Source of the DNA: Planktothrix sp. GU0601_MAG3
GTDB lineage: Bacteria; Cyanobacteriota; Cyanobacteriia; Cyanobacteriales; Microcoleaceae
NCBI GenBank assembly: GCA_035193785.1
Contig: CP136572.1
Coordinates: forward strand, 4,756,578-4,820,577
Length of the DNA stretch: 64,000 bases
Direction of reading: 5' to 3'
Shown: positions 31,927 through 44,664 of the stretch, in pieces
Numbering within the stretch: the first letter of the stretch is position 1
Layout of the letters: the number at the start of each line of letters is the position of its first letter
The notes under the pieces: model-generated
What the model was told of the DNA's origin: nothing
Databases searched by the model: none
Seen by the model: only the letters and a program-made list of their open reading frames with translations
Program-made: the position numbers and the translations under genes

Positions 31927-34900
31927 TTAATTAATTGGGATCAGGATAGTGAATTCTGCCCCTTCTCCGGGTTGGGAATCACAACTCATTTGACCCTGAT
32001 GACGTTCAACAACAATTGAGTAACTAATTGATAGACCCAAACCCGTCCCACTACCGACGGGTTTTGTGGTGAAAAAGGGGTCAAAAATTCGTTGTAGAAC
32101 TTCTGAAACTCATTCCTAAACCATTATCTGCAATCGAAATTTTAACTTGATTATCTTGTGTTTTCTGGGTGGAAATGGTAATTGTGGGGGGATAATCAGC
32201 CTGATTCATCAGATGGCGACGATGTTCTAAGGCATCAATAGCATTACTAATAACATTCATAAAAACTTGATTCAGTTGGGAGACATAACAGTTCACTTTT
32301 GGCAGTTGACCATAGTTTTTAATCACTTCAATTTCCTTACTGTGGACTGAGCCTCGGAATCTAGTTTGTAATATCATTAAGGTGCTATCAATTCCTTCAT
32401 GAATATCAACAGGTTTCATTTCCGCTTCATCCAAACGGGAGAAGTTTCGCAGACTTAAAACAATATTCCTAATTCTTTCAGCCCCAACTTTCATGGAAAC
32501 TAATAGTTTTTGTAAATCCGTGACTAAAAACTCTAAATCAATCTCAGCAATGGTTTCCGTAATTAAGGGTTTAGGTTGAGGATATTCCTGTTGATAGACC
32601 TGAATTAATCGGAGTAAATCCCTAACATATTCACTGGCGGGGGTAAGATTTCCATAGATAAAACTTACGGGATTATTAATTTCATGGGCGACTCCCGCTA
32701 CCATTTGTCCTAGGGAGGACATTTTTTCACTTTGAATCAGTTGGGCTTGGGTATGTTTGAGTTGGTTTAAAGTTTGTTCTAAACGGGAATTTTTTTCGTT
32801 GAGTTGTTGGGTACGTTCTTGAACTTTATTTTCAACGGAGGCATATAACAGGGCATTTTCTAAAGATACTGCCGCTTGGGAAGATAGTAGACTTAAAACT
32901 TCAATTCTTTCTGAAGTAAAGGCTCCAGCCGTTAAGTTGTTTTCTAAATATAAAATTCCTAAAATTTTGCCTTGGCTAATAATCGGAGTACATAAAATAG
33001 ATTTAACTTGATGGTTACTAATATAGAGATCATGGGTAAATTGTCCCTCTAGGGTGGCATTCATTAAAACCACATCTTGACCGGTTCTTTCCACATAATA
33101 AATGACAGTTAAAGGTAAACTTGAGCCATTTTCAACATTAATTTTAGGATGAACAATAACTTCTTCATTATCCGTTGAAGCCTCAGCTTCAATTACTAAT
33201 TTATCATTATTGTATAAAATTAAAAATCCTTTTTGCGCCCCTGCATTTTCAATCACAATTTTCATTAAATTGGCTAATAATTTCTCTAAAACAATTTCTC
33301 GCGAGATGGCTTGAGAGGCTTTAATGACGGTACTTAAATCTAACAATGCTAAACTACCGCCATGGGAGGTACTCAGGGTAACGGATTCCGCCTCAAATAA
33401 AGCCGGTTTAGGGGTGGCTAAATACTTGAGTTGAGGATATTTGGTTTCTAACTGTTCGATTTTACGAACCGCACCCCAACGTTGATAGCTATAATAGGCT
33501 TCTTTGAGGTGAATATTGGCATATTTGAGTTTACTATGACTCATCCAAAATTTAGCCGTGAGTTCATGGCTAAGGGCAACATTTTGAATAAATCCGGCTT
33601 CCTGTGCCGTTGAAATTGCCTGTTCATATAAATCAATTGCCTCAAAGGGAAGTTGGGAAATTCGAGCCAATTCTGCTGCGACTAAGAGATATTTAGATAG
33701 GAAATTACTGGGACAGTTATCCGACCAAATTTTAAATTTTTCTTGATTGCTTTTGATTTTTTCTAAAAACTGCTGTTGTTGGGATTCGGAAACTTTTTCT
33801 AAATTGGCAATTAAAATTAAAGAGGAATAAAAATAATATTCCGTGACGGGAATTAACCCCAGAATAAATTGCAGTAATTCTTCAGCTTCTAAGGTTATTT
33901 TTAAGGCTGATTCTACCTCGCCATATAAATAAAGGACTTGCAGTTTATAAATTTTATAAAGACATAGAGAATAGAATTTCTGATTTTTTTGGCTAATCTC
34001 AATATAATCTAATTCTGTGATTTCTGGAGCGTCAAAAGATAATAAATCTGGGGTTTCACCGATTAAATTAAGCAAAATTCCTCGGAGTCCTGTCAATGTA
34101 TCAATCACCAGATGATTGTCAGTTTTATAGGCGAATTTCAAATAGTTTTTAACTTCTGTTAAAAACTTGGGCAAGTTGACACCCTGGGCCATTAAATTGA
34201 GAGATTGATTATTTAATAAATAACCAGCATATTGTAAATCCCCGGAATCTAAAGCAGACTGATAACCTTCATGGCCTAAAGAATTTGAATTCTTAATCGG
34301 TTTTCTAACCAATAGTTGAGACAACTAATTAAGGATGCAGATACTTTATAGACGGGATAATTCCACTTTTTATTCAGTTTTAAAGCCAGTTGACCCAACT
34401 CATAGGCGGTTTGATATTGATTAAAAATGGTAGCAACTAAAATCCCATAGGTCGCATAGAAAAATCCGGCTTCTGGAGAATATCCCGATGTAATTGCAAC
34501 TTTTACACCCTTGAGAATTACCACTGTCCATAAACTAGGATTACTGACATAGGCGGAGGGTGCTAAATTATTCAGAAGTTTTAAGGTAATTTTTTTCTCA
34601 GGTTCAATAATTGGGCTTTGATTGAGTAGGGTAGATAGGTTATTAATATTAATCAATTTTTGTAGGGATTCTAATTCTTGGGGAATAATAGTTTGTAGAT
34701 TTTCCGTGGGTAAATCTAATCCAAATAAAGCTAGGGCTTTAATTCCGGCGTTGATAGAGGCTTCATATTTTAATTGTAAGGTATATTGAATTAAAAGTAG
34801 ATTATAAACTTCGGCTTTTTCTAAAGTAGATTGAGAGTGTTTTAAAATTAATTTAATTAGGGTTTCACTTTCGGCAAATTTTCCATTTAGGTACTCTATC

Positions 34901-37316
34901 TCGGCTCGTTCTCGATACAATGCAAAGGTTAAAGAATAATGTTCACCCCAACTATGATCGGGTAAAATTTCAATTCCAGCGATTAAATATTCCCGGGCGG
35001 CACCATAGGCGGTAGCATCTTTGGCTTTTTTTCCCGCTTCTAAGTTTAAACTGGCTAATTGTAGTTGTTCTTGTTCATCGGTAATTAAAGAACGACCGAC
35101 ATTTAGGTGATCAACTAAATCAAATACCTTTTCTAACCAATATTGGGGCGGTGTATTAGCTAATAGTAACCGACCGATAGTTAGGTGAACCGATTTTTTT
35201 TGAGAGTCCGCAATTAAGGAATAGGCAGCTTGTTGAACCCGGTCATGGAGAAATTGATAATTCAGAACCAGATAGGGATTAATTTGTTCCGGTTCCAAAT
35301 TATCAGCATCCAGTAGGGGTTTAATTAAACCTTCTTTTAAAGCGGGTAGTAAATCTTGGAAGGTATCAACGGATTCCTTACTATAAATCAAGGATAATGT
35401 ATTTAAGTCAAATTGATTCCCCACACAGGCAACTAATTGTAAAACCTGTTGAGTTTTTTGGGGAAGTTTTTGGAGCTTACCAATCATTAATTCAACGACA
35501 TTATCCGTGATATCTAAGGCTTTAATTTCGGCAATATTCCATTGCCAAGCAATTCTTTCTGAGTTAAAAGTTAGGAGTTTTTCTTGATATAAAGTTTTGA
35601 GAAATTCATTAACAAAAAAGGGATTTCCTTCCGTTTTTTTGATTACCAATTCAGCCAAGGGGAGAACGGTATGGCGATCGCTATGGAGGGTATCGGCGAC
35701 CAGTTTCCGTCACTTGTTCTAAATTTAAAGCTGTTAGATGAATTTCATGAATTAAGCCTTCAACATCGGGTTCTGGGGTAAAATATTCGGATTTTAACCC
35801 TTCTAACATCATCATTAAAGGGTGGGTGGGACTAACTTCGTTATCCCGATAGGCTCCAATTAAAAATAAATATTGGGTGGCATCATCTGTTAACATTAAT
35901 TTCAGTAATTTTAAAGTTGCAGAGTCAGCCCACTGTAAATCATCCAAGAAAATCACTAAGGGATGTGACTGTTGACAAAACAGACGAATAAAGTTCTGAA
36001 ACACCAAATTAAACCGATTTTGAGATTCAGCCGCACCCAATTCTAATACCGCCGGTTGCGGGCCGATAATTAGTTCAATTTCGGGAATTACATCAATAAT
36101 AATTTGTCCATTTGGCCCTAAAATTCTTAATAATCTTTCTCGCCATTGATCTAACTTCTCTTGACTTTCACTCAATAGTAATCTGGCTAATTCAGACAGG
36201 GCATTAACTAGGGCAGAATAGGGAATACTGCGTTGAAATTGGTCAAATTTTCCACTAATAAAATAGCCGTTTTTTTCAATAATTGATTTACAAATTTCTT
36301 GGACTAAGACTGATTTTCCAATCCCCGAATATCCAGCAATTAGCATAATTTCGGTTTTGCCCTGACCCACCCGGTCAAAGGCTTGAATTAAGATATCAAT
36401 CTCGTTTTCTCGGCCATAGAGCTTTTTAGGAATCTTAAACTGATCGGAAATATCGTGCATTCCCAGGGGAAATTCGCCAACGGTTCCTGTGGCTTGAACT
36501 TGTTTCAAACTATCTTCTAAATCGGCAATTAATCCCCAGGCGCTCTGGTAGCGTTCTTCGGGGGTTTTAGATAATAATTTCAGGACAATTCGAGAAATAA
36601 TTGGGGGAATTTCTGGGTTGATTTCATGGGGAGGAATCGGCTGTTTTGCGAGATGGGCGTGCACTAACTCCATGGCATCTGTTGAGGGAAACGGAACCTG
36701 TTGGGTTAATAATTCATAAAACGTTGCTCCCAAGGAATAAAAATCCGTTCGATAGTCTACTGACCGATTCATTCTTCCGGTTTGTTCGGGAGAAATATAG
36801 GGGAGGGTTTCCTTCTAAATTTTGCGGGGGATGGAGCCGTAGGGATTCCTGAGTTAATCCACTAGAAATGCTAAAATCAATTAATTTAACCTGTCCAGTG
36901 GCAGGATTAAAAATAATATTGGAGGGGTTAATATCTTTGTGAATCAGGTTAGCAGCATGAATTTCGCGTAATCCTTTGGCAATTTTGATCGCCAGGGTTA
37001 AAAATCCTAAGAGAGTAAATTTCTGGGTAGCTAATAAGATTTTTAACGATTCTCCGCCAAAATCTTCTAAGGTCATTACTAAAGTATTTTGATGGGTTTG
37101 AAGTTCATAAACCTTAATTACACTGTCTAAATTAAAGTTGCGTAGGATTTTATATTCTCGCTCATATTTTTGAATATCAGATTGGGGCGGAAATTCCCCC
37201 TGTAGCACTTTTAAAATGACGGGTGAGTGATCCTGTTCTCGGATTGCTCGATAAACAACGGAGTTAACACTTTCGTAGATTTGTGCTAGGATTTGATATC
37301 CGGGCAAGGCGATCAT
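31927..37316 (-). CDS. Multidomain Ser/Thr kinase - AAA ATPase - GAF - histidine kinase (four apparent frameshifts)
   Basis: HKDINPSN kinase, [66 protein letters not shown] encoded at 32030-32090; stop at 31927. Confidence 0.92.
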
Positions 37317-37846
37317 ATTCGTTTCCTTCTGCACTGATTTAGGCTGAGTTGGTTAAGTTTTCGTGATGAATCAGAATGTTAAAATATACCTAAAAAATAA
37401 TTATCGATACAACCTGAAAATATAGATTCCGTTATTAATTTAAGGTACTGAACCCGGATCAACCTGATCGGTTAACGGGTGCTCTCAGGGAGAACTAGAA
37501 TTATAGAATAACACGGCGGGGGGAAAACGAGTATGGCTTTTTTGCAGATGTCGGTCAAATAATTCGTTGCTAACACCAAGCTAATCCAACTACCAATTAG
37601 TAAATAATCTCAATTATTAATCTTATTATTCTGTCATATAGCAATCCCATTTGAGTTCAGGGATGTTTCATTCTCTACGAAAAACTGTATAACCTCTCCC
37701 CCAACCCCTTTCTTGCGAGGAGAGGGGGGAAGAATTCATCCTTGAAGCGGGGTATTTTCTAAGTAAACTCTTACCTTAATTGTTTCCGACTTAATCCGGG
37801 ATCAAAATTATTTAATTTGGATCACTTTTTCCTGAGTTCTAAATAG

Positions 37847-37917
37847 AAAAAACACCTGGGAGTCTGGCCGAGTTTCGACCCCAAGTGCCCTTTCTTTATT
37901 AATCTCACTCCTCACAC
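37847..37917 (-). ncRNA. yfr2: Probable Yfr2-family small RNA (~71 nt)
   Basis: 5' GTGTGAGGAGT, then hairpin CACTTGGGGTC-GAAACTCGGCCA-GACTCCCAGGTG and T6; own promoter directly upstream. Confidence 0.75.
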
Positions 37918-37923
37918 TCCTCA

Positions 37924-37951
37924 AATATACACGATTATTTGGGGATGTCAA
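37924..37951 (-). promoter_or_regulatory. Sigma70-type promoter of the sRNA
   Basis: TTGACA (37951-37946), 16 bp, TATATT (37929-37924), 6 bp, then G at 37917. Confidence 0.75.
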
Positions 37952-38003
37952 GGAAAAACTCAAAAACAAAATCTACAGCCCGGATCAAGAACGCTTCAAC
38001 TCC

Positions 38004-40788
38004 TTAGACAACAGACGGTTGAGGCTGGAATTGGAACATGGAATAGATCACGTTTCGGCGAATATCGGTCATCATATCCAAGAACAATTCATATCCCTCA
38101 CTCTTATATTCAATTAAGGGGTCTTTTTGTCCATAACTCCGTAAACCGACGGACTCCCGCAGGGCATCCATTTGTTGTAAATGTTCCCGCCATAGGGTAT
38201 CAATTTGCTGGAGAATGAAGAAGCGTTCGGCTTCGCGCATTAACCCAGACCGAATTTGATTAACTTGATTCTCCTTGAGATCATAGGCATTGCGTAACTG
38301 TTCATGCAGGAAAGTTTTAATTTCATCTACGGATAAATCCACCAATTGTTCGGCGGTTAAATCCGCTAAAAGATAAACAAATTCCTTAGCTTTGACCACC
38401 AAATTTTCTAAATCCCATTCTTCCGAAGGTAGGTCAGGATTAATATAGGCTTCCACAATATCATCCATGGTTTGTTCGCCATATTTAATCACTTGTTCCT
38501 TCAAATCCTGCCCTTCTAAAACCCGTCGCCGTTCGGCATAAATTGCCCGCCGTTGGTTGTTCATTACCTCGTCATATTCAAATACCTGTTTACGGATATC
38601 GTAATAGTAGGTTTCAACTTTTCGTTGGGCATTTTCCAGCGATCGGGTTAACAATTTAGACTCAATGGGCATATCTTCATCCACATTAAAAGCATCCATT
38701 AATCCCGCTACCCGATCGCCCCCAAAAATCCGTAATAAATTATCCTGTAAACTCAAGAAAAACCGCGTGGAACCCGGATCACCCTGTCGTCCAGCCCGTC
38801 CCCGCAATTGATTATCAATCCGGCGGGACTCATGGCGTTCGGTTTCCGATCACATGGAGTCCACCATATTCCACCACCTCGTTATGTTCCTGTTTGGTGA
38901 AGTTTTCGTACTCGTGAACGATCAAGTTATAGACCTCGCGCAATTTTTGAATCACCGGGTCAGTGGTGGGGGCTTTTTCCGAAGCCACCGCTAGTAAATC
39001 CTCCGCTTGTAACTCGGGTAAACTGCGTTCTCCATGAACTCCCACGGCAAAATCCACGGCTTCTTTGAGCTTTTGTTCGGTGGATTTAGATAATTCCGTG
39101 GGGAATAATTGGGTTGAAACTTTCCAGTTTTTGGGTTTTTTACTCTGATCAAATCCTTGGGCGGCGGGGCGACGGCTACCCGGTACCCCAGCAATTACTA
39201 ACTCCCTTTCATCATCGGGTTTAACAATTTTCGGCATCAAATACTCACGCATTTTCAGCCGTCCCATAAATTCCGCATTGCCCCCCAAAATAATATCCGT
39301 TCCCCGTCCGGCCATGTTGGTGGAAATAGTTACGGCCCCTTTGCGTCCGGCTTGGGAAATAATTTCCGATTCCCGTTCGACGTTTTCCGGTTTAGCGTTT
39401 AATAAATTATGGGGAATTTTGCGTTGTTGTAATAAATTCGAGAGAATTTCTGATTTTTCGACGCTAGTTGTTCCGACTAAAACCGGACGCCCTTCTTTAT
39501 GTAAATCCGCACATTCTTCAGCAATAGAAGTCCATTTTCCTTCTTCAGTTTTATAGACCACATCGGGCAAATCTTGACGTCCAGTAATCCGGTTAGTCGG
39601 AATAATAGTAACTTGCAGTTTATAGATGCGTTCAAACTCGGCTTCTTCGGTTTTGGCGGTTCCAGTCATCCCCGATAATTTGGGATATAACAGGAAGAAA
39701 TTTTGATAGGTAATGGTGGCTAAGGTTTGGGTTTCCGGTTGAATATCTACCCGTTCTTTAGCTTCAATGGCTTGATGTAAACCGTCACTCCAACGACGTC
39801 CCGGCATCACCCGCCCGGTAAATTCATCAACGATGATCACTTCCCCATTACCGATAATATAGTTGACGTCTTTAATAAATAATTCTTTGGCTTTTAAAGC
39901 ATTAAAAACAAAGTGCGCCCAAGGATCATTCGGATCATATAAATCTTGAACTCCAAATAGTTCTTCCGCCCGGGCAAAACCTTCATCGGTCATCAGAACA
40001 TTACGGCCTTTTTCATCGACTTCATAATGTTCTTCTTTTTGCATCATTTGGGCAACTTCCGCCGCCCGCATATATTTTTGGCTGGGACGTTCCACTTGAC
40101 CGGAAATAATTAAAGGAGTGCGGGCTTCATCAACTAAAACCGAGTCCACTTCGTCAATAATGCAATAGTTAAATACCCTCTGCACCACTTCATCCATAGA
40201 GGTCGCCATGTTGTCCCGCAGGTAGTCAAACCCCATTTCACTGTTTGTCCCGTAGGTAATATCACAGTTGTAGTTTTTCTGCCGTTGGTCGGGACTCATA
40301 TCTTGCTGAATTAGCCCCACACTTAGCCCCAGGAAGCGGTGAATTTGTCCCATCCATTCCGCATCCCGTCGGGCGAGATAATCGTTAACGGTGATGACGT
40401 GAACCCCTTTTCCGGCCAAGGCGTTCAGGTAGGCCGGAAGGGTGGAAACCAGGGTTTTTCCTTCCCCGGTTTTCATCTCGGCAATTTGCCCCGTATGGAG
40501 GATAATCCCCCCTAGCATTTGGACGTCAAAGTGTCGCATCCCCAAAACCCTCTTTCCCGCTTCCCGAACAACGGCAAACGCTTCTGGGAGAATTTCATCC
40601 AGGATGAGGTTTTCTTCGTCTCGGTTTTTGGCTTTGGCTAATTTTTCTTTAAATTCTCCTGTCTTGGCCCGCAATTGTTCATCTGAGAGGCTTTGAATTT
40701 CTTCCTCTAAAATGTTGATATCCGTGACAAGAGGCTGATATTTTTTAAGTTTACGCGCATTTGGATCACCTAACAGAGCTTTTAACAT
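38004..40788 (-). CDS. secA: Preprotein translocase subunit SecA (frameshift near 38845)
   Basis: [57 protein letters not shown] and QKDPLIEYK. Confidence 0.98.
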
Positions 40789-40904
40789 GGCAAGAACAGG
40801 ATATAGTTACGAAAATTTATTGGTTTTGAATAAATCATTGTTGATTCTAGCATTTCCTGGCTGCATCTGGTTCACCTGACACCGTTGACCCTAATTTAAC
40901 TTAC

Positions 40905-42289
40905 GATGGGGTTTGGGGGAGCTATAAGTCCCACACTGAATTTCACAAAACAAAAAAAACAACCACCAAATCAGTGTGGGTTACATGGACTCCCCCAAGT
41001 TAATTTTGTTCGGTCAATCCCGACAAAATTAACAATAATATGTTAAAGTATATCCAAAAGTTTTGAAAGCGACAATGTTTCAGGCATACAAATTCCGAAT
41101 CTATCCAAATACCGAACAGCAAATCGCCTTAGCTAAAAGTTTTGGTTGTTGCCGTTGGTATTGGAATTATGCCCTGAACTTGTGCCAAGAAACCTATAAA
41201 ACAACAGGGAAAGGATTATCCAGAAAAGTGATTCAAGGATTGTTACCTCAACTAAAAAAGGAATATCCTTGGCTGACAGATACCTATTCTCAATGCCTAC
41301 AAGTTGTCGCACTAAACTTATCTACGTCTTACAAAAACTTCTTTGATAAACGGGCGAGATTACCTCGGTTCAAATCTAAACATGGTAGACAATCAATCAG
41401 TTATCCCCAAAACGTTAAGTTTAAAGGGGATTATCTAAAACTACCTGGTAAATTAGGGTTGGTTTATTGTTTGCGCCATCGGGAATTTCAAGGCGTAATT
41501 AAAACCGTTACTGTCTCAAAAAATCCTGATGGGAAATATTATGCTTCTATCTTAGTTGATGACGGCAAGGAAACACCCAACCTATCAACCAATGGAAAAG
41601 CAATTGGGATTGATTTAGGGTTAACTCATTTTGCGATTACTAGCGATGGGGACAAGTATAGCAACCCCAAACATTTGGCTAAACATCAACGCAATTTAAA
41701 GCGAAAACAACAAAAATTATCTCGTAAACAAAAGGGAAGTAATAGTAGACAAAAAGCAAGATTAAAGGTTGCTAAAGTCCACGCTAAAATCTATCGTTGC
41801 CGGGAAGATTTTCTCCACAAACTATCCCGCAAGATAGTGAATGAAAACCAAGTGATTGCTGTAGAAAATCTAGCACTTAAGAATATGGTGAGAAACCATA
41901 AGTTATCCAAGGCAATTAGTGATTGTGGATGGGGGATGTTCGGTACAATGCTCAAATACAAAGCCGAAAAAGAAGGGAAAACCTATCAAGAAGTTGATAG
42001 ATTTTTCCCTTCTTCTAAAACTTGTAACGTCTGTCTAAATCAAGTGGGTAGTTTACCACTTGATATTAGAAGTTGGATTTGCGAACATTGCCAAACAATC
42101 CATGACCGAGATATTAACGCTGCAATCAATATTAAAACTGAAGCCTTGCGGATTTTATCGTTGGGAAACCAGCGATACTGCTAGTCTGAGGGGATGTCAG
42201 TCACCGGAACAAACTTCTGTTTCTTCTGATGCTATCCCCGTTGATGCTAGAAGCCCACACTTACTTGTAGAGAAGTGTGGGTAGTTCAC
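40905..42289 (+). mobile_element. Non-autonomous IS200/IS605-family (IS1341-type, tnpB-only) element, 1385 bp, inserted 3' of TTAC
   Basis: Left hairpin CCCACACTGA...TCAGTGTGGG; right end GAAG-CCCACACTT...AAGTGTGGG-TAGT-TCAC. Removing it restores the stop codon of the neighbouring ABC gene. Confidence 0.88.
41063..42184 (+). CDS. tnpB: RNA-guided endonuclease TnpB (C-terminus may extend to 42284 if a 1-nt shift near 42165 is an error)
   Basis: AYKFRIYP HTH, FGCCRW, RuvC GIDLG / AVENL / HDRDINAA, zinc finger CNVC...CEHC. Confidence 0.95.
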   Translation: MKATMFQAYKFRIYPNTEQQIALAKSFGCCRWYWNYALNLCQETYKTTGKGLSRKVIQGLLPQLKKEYPWLTDTYSQCLQVVALNLSTSYKNFFDKRARLPRFKSKHGRQSISYPQNVKFKGDYLKLPGKLGLVYCLRHREFQGVIKTVTVSKNPDGKYYASILVDDGKETPNLSTNGKAIGIDLGLTHFAITSDGDKYSNPKHLAKHQRNLKRKQQKLSRKQKGSNSRQKARLKVAKVHAKIYRCREDFLHKLSRKIVNENQVIAVENLALKNMVRNHKLSKAISDCGWGMFGTMLKYKAEKEGKTYQEVDRFFPSSKTCNVCLNQVGSLPLDIRSWICEHCQTIHDRDINAAINIKTEALRILSLGNQRYC

Positions 42290-44051
42290 GCCGGACTGTA
42301 CCCGCCATAAACCCGCATAAATACCCGGCGCTTCTAAGAGGTTTTCATGGGTTCCAGATTCGACTAATTTTCCCTGTTCCATCACATAAATACAGTCGGC
42401 ATTTCTAACCGTTGAAAGTCGATGGGCGATCGCAATTGTTGTCCGATTTTTGGTAATTTTTTCTAAGGATCTTTGGATGGCGGCTTCAGTTTCATTATCC
42501 ACGGCCGATGTGGCTTCATCTAAGATTAAGATGGGGGGATTTTTTAAGACCGCCCGGGCGATCGCAATTCTTTGTCGTTGTCCCCCAGATAATTTCTGAC
42601 CCCGTTCCCCTACAATAGTCTCATATTTATTTGGTAAATCCCGAATAAATTCATCGGCTTCGGCGATTTTTGCCGCTTCGATAATATCAGTTAAGGACGC
42701 ATCAAAACTGCCATAGGCAATATTTTCGGCAACGGTTTCCATGAAACAGAAAAACATCCTGACTAACTAAGCCAATAGCTTTGCGTAAATCCTCTAATTT
42801 CAAACGGTTTAATTCAATGCCATCTATCGTAATTACCCCGGCATTAATTTCATATAACCGCAATAATAATTTTACCAAGGTACTTTTTCCCGACCCCGTA
42901 GCACCGACAATTGCAATGGTTTGTCCGGCGGGAATTTTTAGAGATAAATCCTGAATAATCTGATTGCGATTTTGATAGGAAAAATAGACATTTTTAAATT
43001 CTATTTCTCCTCTAACTGAAGCCACAGGTAGGGAAATATCCCCCGGATGAATTTCTATCGGAGTATCTAATAAATTCATCACCCGGTTAATAGAAGCCAT
43101 CGCCCGTTGATATTGGTCAAAGGTATCTCCCAGGCGGGTTAAAGGCCATAATAACCGTTGGGTAATAAACACTAAAACGCTATAGGTTCCCACGGCTAAG
43201 GCCCCGGAAGTTACTTGTAAACCTCCTAATAATAAGGTAGCAATAAATCCAAATAAAATTAAACTTCTAATTACTGGAACATAAGCAGAGGATAGGGTAA
43301 TTGCTCGGCGATTGCTTTGGCGGTAGGCTTCACTATGTTCGGTAATTCTTTGGATTTCATACTGTTCGGCGGTAAAACTTTTAATAGTAGTAATCCCGCC
43401 TAAATTATTAGCCAGTTGTCCATTTAGTAACCCAACTTTTTCCCGCACATCTGCATAACGGGGGGCGAGTAGTTTCTGGAACCAAACCGAACCCCAAACA
43501 ATAAAAGGCATGGGTAACATTGCCCACCAAGCAACAGTTGGGGCTAAAATAAAGAAGGCTGCTCCGATTACAATTACCGTAGTAATTACTTGGATAATTT
43601 CATTCGCCCCGATATCTAAAAACCTTTCTAGCTGGTTAATATCATCATTTAAAATTGACATTAAACCGCCACTACTGCGTTCTTCAAAGTAGGCTAATTC
43701 TAAGTTTTGTAAATGTCCATAGGCATCTAATCTGAGGTTATGTTGCAAGGTTTGGGCTAAATTTCGCCACAATACTTTATAGGCATATTCAAAAACCGAT
43801 TCTAAACTCCAGATAATTAAGCTCAAAAACGATAACATTAATAATTGATTAAAAGCCCCTTGAATCCCCCACTGGGACAGGAAGGAAACCTGGGGGTTAA
43901 TCACCACATCAACGGCCCATCCAATTAATACCGGAGGGGCTAAATCAAAGATTTTATTTAAAACTGAATAAACCGTTGCTAACCCAATGGTTTTTTGATA
44001 GGGACGAGCATAAACTAGAAACCGTTTTAAGGGATGATTGAGTTGAGACAT
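42197..44051 (-). CDS. ABC transporter, fused permease-ATPase (frameshift near 42735; last codons displaced by the IS)
   Basis: TM domain, [25 protein letters not shown] and IAHRLST. Confidence 0.94.
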
Positions 44052-44186
44052 TGTTTTAATATTAAAATCTATAGCAATTCTATAGGATTGCCAGGGGGTA
44101 AAAATTTTAAATATATAGGTTTTTGAGTTCGGCCATGATGGTTTTGAGTAAAATTATTTCTATTTTATACTCTGCGGAATATAGAT

Positions 44187-44215
44187 AAAAAGTCGGGGCA
44201 TGGCCCCGGCTTTTT
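44187..44215. terminator. Intrinsic terminator downstream of sbtB
   Basis: AAAAAGTCGGGGC-ATG-GCCCCGGCTTTTT stem-loop with A/T tails. Confidence 0.7.
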
Positions 44216-44234
44216 AGATCTGCGTCGTCTCTAT

Positions 44235-44664
<430 letters not shown>

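Noticed and set aside
37907..37917. Yfr1 on the plus strand (ACTCCTCACAC)
   Set aside because: The promoter and the hairpin-T6 terminator are both oriented for a minus-strand transcript starting with the complement, which fits Yfr2.
38004..40788. secA and other split genes as true pseudogenes or programmed frameshifts
   Set aside because: Essential genes are affected and the breaks are single-base shifts at short homopolymers throughout the window; assembly error is the simpler explanation.
42060..42284. Separate 74-aa ORF or tnpA
   Set aside because: No HUH/Y1 motif; it is probably the shifted TnpB tail overlapping the omegaRNA region.
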